Shown here one piece after another: positions 13,031 through 22,997 of a DNA stretch of 64,000 nt. The position numbers and the translations under genes are program-made. The notes below the pieces were generated by a model. The model was not told the origin of the DNA, did not search any database, and saw only the letters and a program-made list of their open reading frames with translations. Location: the NCBI GenBank assembly GCA_977862235.1, contig OZ374565.1, positions 620,001 through 684,000 of the forward strand. Reading direction: 5' to 3'. The stretch is from Dudresnaya verticillata (lineage: Eukaryota). Position 1 is the first letter of the stretch, and each line of letters begins with the position of its first letter.

Positions 13031-13669
13031 GAAATGGCATCGGCGCCCCACCAGGCCGCCGCGCAAGTGCCCCATGGCAAGCCCCATTCCATGCCCCATG
13101 TCGGCGTTTGCGCCGCGCGCGCCCAGTTTGTGATCGCAGCACTGTACCCCCTCATCACCGCCCCACTGGCACATACGTCTGTGCCGTTCCCCGTGACACC
13201 TTTACCCTCCCTTGGGCGTTGGGCCACCGCGTCATCGTGCGCGCCATCCACCCCACCATGCACCGAGCACCGAAGACCTCCGCCGCCGCGGCGCGCCTCG
13301 CACCCTCTCCACCTTGGGCCGTCTCCATATCGTTCCCTCGGCGCGTCGTTCTCGCGTCTCGTCGTGTTCGCGCCCCTCCGCACCATCACCATCTCGTATC
13401 TGCGTCGCCTCTCTCCCTCATCTCCTCGTTCTTCTCCGCATTGCGCCCTCGTGCACAGCAGGCAGCCACCTTCTTCTCTCCGTGCCACATCCCCCGATAG
13501 CCGTGTCGTTCCCCCTTCAGCGCTGCGCGCGCGTCATCGTTCCCCTACTACCGCCTCACTCCTGTGCTCCTTCTTTCCTGTAGCGCCCTACAAGTGCCGC
13601 AAAGCTCCCCCCGCAGCCCTCCCAGTCCCGCTGTCAGCCCCGCGCCATCCGGTGGGCCACCCTCCTCAA

Positions 13670-14095
13670 GACCTTGCCCCTACAGAACCTTTACCTCTCA
13701 AGCTTCCCTGAGTGTTTCTTCCTCTCACGGCGCGCCGCACGTCGCTGTTGGTTCACGCATATCGCGCATCGCCGTAACAGAATGCCGAACTCAACCATTG
13801 CAGTATCAAGACGTCATCCCTACAGAGCCTTCACCTCCCATACTTCCACGAGTGTTCCGTCCTCTTACGGCGCGCCGCGCCTCTCCCTCAGGACACACAC
13901 ATCGCCGGAACAGAATCCTCAACTCAACCAATGCAATAGCAAGACGTCACCCCTACAGAACATTTACCTCCCATAGTTACCTGAGTGTTTCATGCCCGTC
14001 GGCGTGCCGCGCGTCCCCGTCATTTAGTTCACGCATGTCGCGCATCGCCATAACAGAATCCCGACCTCAACCATGGCCATAGATTTACAGACATG
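13670..14095. repeat. Subterminal imperfect tandem repeat, ~135-140-bp unit, ~3 copies
   Basis: ccctacaga..c.tt.acctc...cggcg.gccgc...catcgcc..aacagaat...ctcaacca recurs at ~13678, 13818 and 13951. Confidence 0.8.
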
Positions 14096-14470
14096 TCTCA
14101 TGGCGCCCTGCGCATCTTTCGATACAGACCATCGCTATGGACAGGACGCGACGTTGACAGGGTGCCCAAGACTGGTTGGTAGTTCAAAAGCAAATTTATC
14201 GCCACGCTGTGGAGAGCGCTGCTTCTCCGGTTGCAACAAGTACTATCTCTCTTCCTGTGAAAGTGTGAATTATCGCCCCTCTAGGTAACACTGCATGTAC
14301 CTATTTCATCTTCTACGTCGCGAGCAGTTCCCTTCCGGAATCCTGTTAAAGACGGCTACAGACGTAGCGATTGTTTGGATGCACCTGCCATGATACGGTA
14401 TTGGCATCTATCATGCAATGTCCCCCAAAGTTCTATCCGTTCAACAAGCATCTAACAGATACCGTTTTAG

Positions 14471-17407
14471 TCATTTTTCACCTTCGGCCGGATCCGCGCT
14501 GACTTCGCGGCGTTCAGTCGATCTATCGGACGTCACGAGGGAGTTCTGGAACTTCCCATCCAAATTTCCAGTCGGGGCCCCATCTGGAAGTGGCAGCGCA
14601 GCTGCGGCTCCGCAAAGTGCACTGCCGCCCTCTTCGTCAACCCTGGTTCTTTTCTGTCTTGGCTCTTCTTCAAGAGCTGCTGCTTCACGCAGCACACGCC
14701 TTGCCTTCTCCAGTCGTTCGTTGACGACTTCATCTACACTGCTTTCCTTTTCCGTCGTCCTGCGACCCTCCGCAGCTACACTCACACCGTCGCCTCCTCC
14801 CCCGTCCTTTTCTTTCTCGTCTGCAACAGTTGCCGCTTCTGTAGTCTGCAGTTGTGTGTTGTCAGCAGAAGCTACCAGAGCACGCTTGGCTTCACTGAAT
14901 GTTTGCGAGGATCTTGTGTGCAAGAAATCGTTCTTGGCGAGACGCAGGAGCCGTTCATGTGCAAGTCGGAATATATCGGGATTCTGTTCGATGCAGGTAC
15001 ATAAACGACCAGTCCACAATGCTGTAATGGCTGTTGTCATCGTTCCACCGTACGTGTCGAGAACTGAACCTCCCTCAAGGAAAAAGGTCTGCGACAACTC
15101 CCCAATGAGAGCCGGGTTCCTCTCTTCGACGAGTACAGGCGATCTCGTGTTTGGTCTTTTCAATTTATCTCTTGGTACTCGTACGCGTGACACAGCAGCG
15201 AATCGCCGCTTCTCCGGTGCTTGCAGATCATTGTAGTTGCTTGCTAGGTCTGGTTGAAATCCTTTCGGGTGGACGCCTGGAGCTCCCGCGAAGACTGTAA
15301 TCTCCGCGGCATTCTGGGGTACGGTTTGGCCACGGTGTGCCTGCATTGTCGAAGTGTCCTTCATAATCACGTGGGGTAAGCGGGACATTTGAACTGGTAC
15401 TTCACAAATGCCTCGCGGAATTCCGGGAACAAAAGGAATGACGTAATGACAACTACCCATCCAACCGGGGATAACAACTCTTCTTGCGAAATCCACTAGG
15501 GACCTAATCTCCTCCCCATTCATGAAGTTGTCGTAACTTTCACCTGCCCCAGCGTGAGACTTCTTTGTGCCGTACGGTGGGTCCGTCAGCAGAATGTCAA
15601 ACAGTTTGCTCCCTTCCTTGCGCACGGTAGTATCGAACTTCTGCCAACGCATCTGGAAGCACTCCAGTTTCATTTCTTTCATATAGTCTATGTGATGCGT
15701 CGCATCGTTGTTATCAGATTGCAAACCTTTGGCAGTTTTTAGCCGTTCCGATTGCACTGTGGATTCGGACATGGCTGCAATGGCACTACCAGGATTCTGG
15801 GCGTCTTCATCCCCTCTTGCACCTGTCCCGGCTGCTTCTGGATCTTCTCCATGACCCGCTTCCTGCGTCATATTTTTCTCTTGTGCATCCGATATTAACC
15901 CGCCTGATACAGGCCGTCCCACTTTTCCAGAATTCCCATTCACTGGTAACGTCGCTGCTTCGGGTTCCTTTGGGGAACCCGCGGCGGCCTCGACATTGCA
16001 TTCACCTGGAACAAAATCTTGTTCCATATCACCGGAAGTAGTACCCTGTGCTGTGGGTACTGTCTGGCCTTCATTAGGCTTCCTTTTGTATTGAGCTTCT
16101 CGGGCAGTGAGAATGACGTGCTCGCGAAACGTTTTTAGTTTGAAAGGGGCTTCTTGAGGGCATGAATCCTTGTACAGCGACAGGATCGACTTCAGCAGGT
16201 CATGGTCGTTGCCCCTGTTCATGGTTATCTCCAAATCCAGCTTCGTACTTGACAACAGGTTCTCGCGTAATGTAATCATAGCTTGCGGCCATTCCTTCCG
16301 TTCCCCGACGAGTTCGAATTTATGGACCTCTCTCATCGCGGCTTTTGCCTTTTCGAATTGTTCTGTTGTGAATCGATGTGGCATCGGCTTGAATTTATGA
16401 TTCCGTGACAACTCCCGAAGCCTGTAGAGTGTTGCTACCTCCGTCTCCACGGCGTTATACGAAAACCCGGCATTCATAAAAGCCCTTGATGATCGTAATG
16501 TAGATATGTGAGCAAACTTCCGATACACACGAAAGTCCATTGCCTGCATCGCGGTTGGCCTATCCATCGCTCTTCCTGACGTTTTGAAGGCCTGATAGGA
16601 GGCTAACTCTGGGAATTCCTCATTCATGATGACACCGACCGCTTGAATCTTCTCCCTGGGTAATCGAAGAACGATTCCTCCGGTCTGTTTTATGGTGTTA
16701 TCCGTCAGGTGTCTGCAGCCGTCGTATGCTCGCGCAACAGCAACAGCAGTTGGTGTCTTCCCATTGTTTTCAGCAGTAAATCGGTCAGCTTCAGCTCTTA
16801 GTCCACTGAGCACATCGTAGAATGTATTTTCTATGTAGAACGAAGAATCGTGCTTGCTGTTTTGGTGCCTTGCCAGTTTCCGGAGTACTTGAACATCGTG
16901 ACCGCCCTTCAATACTGTCACAGGGAGGCCAAAAGCCTTCCACCTGTCGTAGTCCTTCTGATTTAGTTCTAATATGGCAGCAACCCTGTGTTGCCCATCC
17001 ACAACTCCATACCAGTCCGAACGTGACTCATGCAGTTTCTTTATATGCTCCTCACAAAAGGGAGATCCGTCAGGATTCCGTTTGGATGTAAGGTACTTGG
17101 TCACGTATCGACGCAAAGTGCCGGTCAGCTTCACCACTATTGGGGCATCGGACCGTGCCACGAATCCGGAGTTGGAGTGGCCGGAGTTAGGATTCGGAGC
17201 ACCGCGGAAGATCAGCTTTCACCTCTCCACGCCAGACCGCACAATGGGCCGAATTTCAGACAACGGTACGCATGCCTTCGGATCAATCCGGCAATTCACG
17301 GACCCTTCCATTACCTCCGCAAATAACGCTGTTGCAGCATCTGAAGCGTTCCTGGAGGCAGCAGCATCTTGAGGTACTCCTTTGCTCCTTCTCCTGCTGC
17401 CACCCAT
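14471..17407 (-). pseudogene. ParB/Srx-like (DGQHR) domain fused to a beta-class N6/N4 DNA methyltransferase (DPPY), lightly disrupted
   Basis: ATG at 17407 is in frame with the 896-aa ORF via one TGA at 17219-17221. ParB-like motifs IRPIVRSGVER and WYGVVDGQHRVAAILEL. MTase motif IV FDILLTDPPY precedes motif I GGSVLDTYGGTMTT...GRLCTCIEQNP...AHERL. Confidence 0.85.
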
Positions 17408-18171
17408 TTTGGCAGGTTGAGATAGAAGATGTGACTTTCTTGGATTACAAAGCCTTTCCTTGGGTTTAGAACTGGAAACGTTTCCAGGGTATACACGGTG
17501 AACAAGACTTTAAAAATAGGCGGGAAACTTGCTGAGGTCTGTTTGAACGTACCGCATCCACCGGCGGTGTTGGGATCTGAAAGCAGATCCGAAACCCTAA
17601 GTTCGTTCTGAAGTCAGGATTCTGATCTGATTCCGTTCATAAATTGCGGTCACGGTATCGAAACATGCCGTACAGGCAGTTTCTACTCTGCAGTTCTCGG
17701 TGAACAGAATATCGCTCGTGACCGCATAAGGCCAGGCCATGCGAAATGCCTGCCCTTCGCGTCGGGAGGCAAGCTGTGCAGTCTCTTCGGTGCGCGCGGT
17801 GCACGCGGGTCGCACGGTTCTCCACAGGGGACGGCGGCGCGCGGGTGGGGTCGTGTGGGGGGTACCTGAACTTAACGGCATAGTGAAACCATACAGTAAT
17901 ACCAAGCGTCGCAAAGTCTCACGGACTTCAATGCACGGAATACAGTAAGCTCCGCGGAGCGGGAGGCTGAGCAGCAGGACGTTCAAGTCCCGTTAATCGG
18001 TCCTGCAGCGGCATATTTCGTATTGTACAGTCGGTTCCCACGGACCGTTACGGTGGACCGTGGATCCATGGTAGGAAAACGTTTGTACAGTCGGTACGAT
18101 ACCACCTTCCAATAATGTGCTGGTATCACGCCCCACACGCGCGTGTGGCTTGTACCGAAACGTGTTATCGG

Positions 18172-18501
18172 ATAGGTTTTGAGATTGGTGGCGGTTAATA
18201 ACTATTGGAGCAATACCAGTATTGCATGAAAGCTTTTCATCTAATCACCAAATCAATATCTGTTTAATTGCAAATGAGATTGCGTCAGCCGAAAAGCTTG
18301 ATAGATATTATCCAACGGCAATTACACGAGCTTTCAAATAGCTATCAATTCGGGCCACACACCAAAAGCTAAATAGCTTTTTGCCACCCGCATTTCTCAT
18401 TGCTTCCAGATAGCTTTCTGTCCGGTGCCGCGGCCGAGAACCATTTGAACAATACTAGTATTACTCAATAGATTTTCAGATCGCGTACGCTCAATACCTA
18501 T
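18172..18501. repeat. Interspaced inverted-repeat array B: eight 34-35-bp units ATAGNTWTT-N16/17-AAWANCTAT
   Basis: Left arms at 18172, 18229, 18267, 18301, 18338, 18373, 18410, 18468 (57-38-34-37-35-37-58). CAATAC.AGTATT palindromes lie in the long gaps. Colinear with array A; some arms are degenerate. Confidence 0.8.
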
Positions 18502-18947
18502 ATCTTGCCCGGGCTCATGCGCCCCCTCTCAGACGCATTGTAGTACACGCCTCGCCCCCAATTGCACGCCACCCGTCCCTCACCCTCTCCGCATCGACAC
18601 CCCCTCGTTCTCGCGTCTCAGAGATGCCAACAGTACTGTGTTACGCGGCAGCACGTCCTCCCGCAGCGGCATCAGTAGCAGCAGCAGTCAGCAGATGCGT
18701 CAGGAAGCGGCGCCATGGCGGGTGCACCTGCTCAAGTGCGCCGCGCACCGTTCCCTCATCAGCACCAAGCACGTACTACTCTCTCGCGTCGGTCTTTCAA
18801 GGAAGACCCAGCGCCCGCGTGCCTATACTGGTACACCAGACGATGTCTATACTCTGAAGTGTTCCACAACAGGATTCTGTTTACTAAGTTCGTACACCGC
18901 ACAAGCTGTAAAAGATGGTATGTCCCGGCTACGCCGTGAGCAGCTCG

Positions 18948-21900
18948 TCACGACATCTGCAGTGATTCCCTTATCTTCTTCCTAGCCGCGACAGATATAG
19001 TAGCCTTGCTGAGGGCCGGGAACTCCACCAGCACTGTGTCGACGGAGATTGCTTCTTTGCACGGTCTGCTGACCAGAAAGCAGGGTTTGTATCTTCCCGT
19101 CCATGCCCCGTCGTTCGGACGAACCTCGTACCAGTGAACACGCAGCCTCGACAAGACATTAGTATCGAAGGTTCCGAGAAGGTCCGTGACCTGCGCTATC
19201 CAAACGGGGTGTTTGGCGTGTCTGTCAAGTCCCGGGGATCAGGGCTCAGTGCTACGAAACTGTTCTTCGTGTAGGTAGGGTCTGCAGTAGGCTCGGCGGC
19301 AGGCATTTCGATACCTTCCCCGTCGACCACCTCCTCTTCTACAACCCCATCTGCAGCCTTATAGGTCCCGTTAAGCTCGAAAGCTTCATCCAGATTCCAA
19401 TGAAATGACTCCTCCCTGTCCCTGTACACATGATCTCGAAGCTCGTGTAGCGACCTCATCTTCGCAGTGCTATTGATGCGCGGCTCTTCTGTCCTCAAGC
19501 GGTCGCTGAACTCTTTAACATCCGGGGGAGTACGAGCAGGAGTGTCGGGGGTTCTCTTCAAATCCAGCGCGAACAGAATGAATCCGGCTTGATTGCTGTT
19601 CGTCTTCAGCGGGACGAACTCATCACTGCAACCAATCTTGACCTGGCAGCCTGTCTTGAATGTCGTATTTGCGATGGGCACTCCGACCACTCGGTGGAAC
19701 TTGAAGAATCGGTAATGCGTGAAAGACTCGATCTTGCCAATGCACTTCTCAGCCTTGCAAAGTCCAGAGAAGTTTTCTATGTGCAATAGTCGGTTTGTAA
19801 TGGGCTGGGGGGTGTAGGATTTCGTCAACTCCTGCAACAAATCATCCATAGTGACTGCATCGTTGGCATTCAGTCTTCTAGATGTGCAGCTGAATGCCTG
19901 GTCAATGTCTGCGTGCGTGTGACCGACGGGCAGGAACGACACATGGACCTCCTTAAAGACTCCCCAGGCAACCAAACATTCACAGTACGACATCAGGAAT
20001 GTATTCTTGTTTTCCCGTGAGCAATTGTCGACCTGCAAGTAGAGTGTCCCCCTAAGTTCCACCCTGTCCTTCTTGATCATGAACACTCTGTGGAGAGCTT
20101 CTATTACATTGTTGGCCCCGGTTTCGAGCTCTGCAGTCATTGTGTATAGATAGAGCTGCTTGGTCGCTCCATGCTCCAAAAGCCCCACTAGTTTGGCCTT
20201 AATTGCATGACCAGTCGTGCTCTTCACATTAACAGGGAACTGTGGAAGCCCAAAGGCGGACTGGTCCGCTCCATCAATTATAAGAGAACAGAATTCTGTC
20301 GGATAAAGTGCATCCATCTCCGTCTCCTTCCTGTACTCGCGCCCCTCCTTCCATACAATAGCAATATGCTTGCTGCGGCGTGCACGAAGTTCCTCTGTGG
20401 CACTCAAATTGGTCCTTGCTTTCGCTAACAAGTCCCCGACTTGCTCACATTCTGTGCACTTTGTGAACCTGTGCACTTTCCGCGCTTTGATATGACTGCA
20501 GTGCTTTTGCCAAACGTCATAGAAGTAGCTTATCACTGCAGGGCTACGATCCGTGTAGAGTTTGCGATGCTCTGCGACATAAATGTCGTAGACAGCTTTC
20601 TTTTTGAAGAAAGTAAGGTGTACCTCCTCACTGTCTGGCATGCAGTCCGCCAATGCCTCTGCAAGTCGCTCCAGAAAAGTAACAACGATATCACGTTGGT
20701 CGGCAGCAACATCCGGTGATCCTCCCTGCACGCAGTCCAGCCTACGGCTTTGCGGTGTTTCCTTCACGGACGCCTGCAAGTCTCGTGAGAATGCAAATAC
20801 CTCGTGGAGGAAGGCATAGCACACGGAAACGCCGGAGAAGGAAAACTTGTTCGTGTTTCCTTGCAGTAATGTCTGCAAGTAAGAACGTCGATCCTCTGCA
20901 CCCATGAGCAGGACGCGTCTCGCCTCCGCCCTAACAAATACCGGCTCCATACTAGAGAAGCATTTGCGGGTACAGCACTTCATCCGCTTCACATCTCCGT
21001 TCTCCAACTTACGCAAACGTTTCTTCCTCCGGGTCAGCAGCAAGCCTTTAACCTTCGCCTTTTCCGTCCTACTGCGGTAGGTGTACTTGCGCTTCCCACG
21101 GGTATTTGTAGCGGAGTGACCTCCGGAAGGTCTTCCAGGATTCCGTTCGACGTTGTCCACATTGTCATCGGCATCCTGTGCACCTCGAGACAAGCTACGA
21201 TCGCCCTGTTCACCACCTGCATCCGACGGCGGGCCATCCTTCCCATTCCCCTTCCTTCTCCTGCGCAAGGAACCCCTTTCAACTTCTTCGCCCGAGTCCT
21301 CGCTCTCCGATGTAGCATGGGAGGGCGTTTCATATTCTGATGCCGACTCCGAGTGCGAATGTGACTCGGAGCCGTCTGCAGACACCCTCCGGCTGACCGT
21401 GGGATGCTTTCTCTTCGACCCCGACGGCGCCCTTGGCGACAGGGAACGTTTATTCCCTGGCCCAGACTGGCCGCTCCTGCTTCGGAAGCGGAATCCGCTA
21501 GCATCAATTGTCGCGGCCGTGGGCAACACCGGGCGCGAAGCTGGCTTTTTGGGGCGGGGCCGCATCTTGGGTCGCTGCTCCGGGGTGTGGACTAGAAGCT
21601 CACTGGATCCAATTCCGTCCTCCTCGACATCACCATCTGCCGACACGGCCTTTCTGGACGCCGAATACGCTCGCGGCGTTGGACGACTTGGAACGGCGCG
21701 CTCAGAACTAGCCTCCGCCCCACGCGGGGTACGCCGCTCTCCCATACTGTGCAAATACCAGGCGTGGAAACCACCGGCAAACTCGTTAAGTCTGTCTGGA
21801 ACGGTATCCAGGCTTTTGTAGGTGTATGGATACTTGCGGGCGGCGTATTCCTTCTCGATTTCAACGTTACGAACAACAACCAGGAACTGCCCCTTCTTCT

Positions 21901-22063
21901 GCTGTTTGCAGAGTTCGTGGTTGTGCAGCACAACACAGTACTTCCCACTCTTGTCCGCCCTTCAGGGTATCATCGGCTTGATAATTCTTGCACTCGCACA
22001 CCCCACCTTCGTGCCTTTCAAGAAAAGAGTTACCTTCCCATCCCCATCCTCACCGATCACCAT
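18948..22063 (-). pseudogene. DDD transposase (DUF7869/Sola-like), copy 2, near-intact (~1030 codons)
   Basis: Candidate triad LIIDGADQ / LQVDNCSRENKN / GHTHADIDQAFS; Cys motifs CCTRKC and KCTECE. ATG 22063, one in-frame TGA at 21962-21964, and a 1-nt frameshift near 19200 (PFG* should read PFWIAQV as in copy 1) continuing to 18948. Confidence 0.88.
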
Positions 22064-22571
22064 GATGTGCGCGTGAGCACCACCACTAGACGGGCGCAAC
22101 GAAAGCGCGTATCGGCACGTTCAGAGGAATGCAGATAAACGGAAAGGGAGTACTCCCTTTCCGAAAGATAACGTTATCTGCAAAGATTAGGTGCGGTGTG
22201 CGACAATGGCGCTGGGACAGCTGCACAGGATGGTGGTTACCCAAATGCAATGGCACACGGCTCGGAGTCGCACAACACCATGTGGTGGCGGTTTATACCG
22301 TTTGTGGTTGAGGTGAACCAGGGTTTGGCGAGGGAGTTACTGGTAATGGGCTTTCCACCACACATTCGCGATACAATCACACCAGCGGGCGGTTTGATTG
22401 GCCGCATAATTCTGTTTGGCGCAACCAGGATTCTGAACTGTGCCGTCGTTTTCCGATAAGACAGCTCAGAAGATCACTTGCAAACAACCCGACTACCATC
22501 GCTCTCAAAGCGTTTGACCACGTCCTCGCTCCACAAACTCAGCAAAAAATCACGCGAGTTTGCTGGAGAAA

Positions 22572-22997
22572 ATGACTTCTCGCGAAGCTGCTGAAAGGCC
22601 TGAAGGAGTTCAAACTGCTCCTGAACCGCGGTCATCCGCGGATGTGAATGGTAACGAGAAGAAGGCGTTGCGCGTGTCATTTCCTCGCCAGGTGGTAACG
22701 GGAAAGCAAGATTCTGCATATGACAAAGATTTCATAAGCAGTCTTTTCACTGATCAAGACATTCTTGGGTCTAAGAATACGGAACAGAAAGCAGCGTTAC
22801 AGGAGCGAAGCCAACTACTCTCTAGAGGGGCAGTTTTTGCGTTGCTTTCTGTGCTCAGAAGCGAAGTGTCGTGCAGGAAGAGCAAGATTGAAGGGACCCA
22901 GTCGATGTTCCCGACCGTTCCGTACACACGATCCATAATGAACCAAATAGCTAGAATGTTGGAAAGCGAGCAACAGCCGACCATGGATGAGGAATGA
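22572..22997 (+). CDS. Hypothetical protein divergent from the transposase
   Basis: ~141-aa ORF with protein-like composition inside the TIR element; no recognised motif. Confidence 0.35.
   Translation: MTSREAAERPEGVQTAPEPRSSADVNGNEKKALRVSFPRQVVTGKQDSAYDKDFISSLFTDQDILGSKNTEQKAALQERSQLLSRGAVFALLSVLRSEVSCRKSKIEGTQSMFPTVPYTRSIMNQIARMLESEQQPTMDEE

Noticed and set aside
12740..13711. 323-aa ORF and overlapping ORFs (also 27340-27918)
   Set aside because: They run through TIR and GC-rich subterminal repeats; open in several frames because of composition.
14100..14470. Possible extra C-terminal domain of the MTase (YVCSRL vs transposase YCTRL)
   Set aside because: Too many stops and too short a match to support.
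14418..15236. Plus-strand ORFs 14418-15236, 21153-21821 and 51486-52607
   Set aside because: Antisense shadows of real minus-strand coding regions.
14471..17407. Bacterial or phage contamination as the source of the MTase
   Set aside because: The gene is enclosed by TIRs with a TSD amid eukaryotic TEs and decays like them; no operon-like context.
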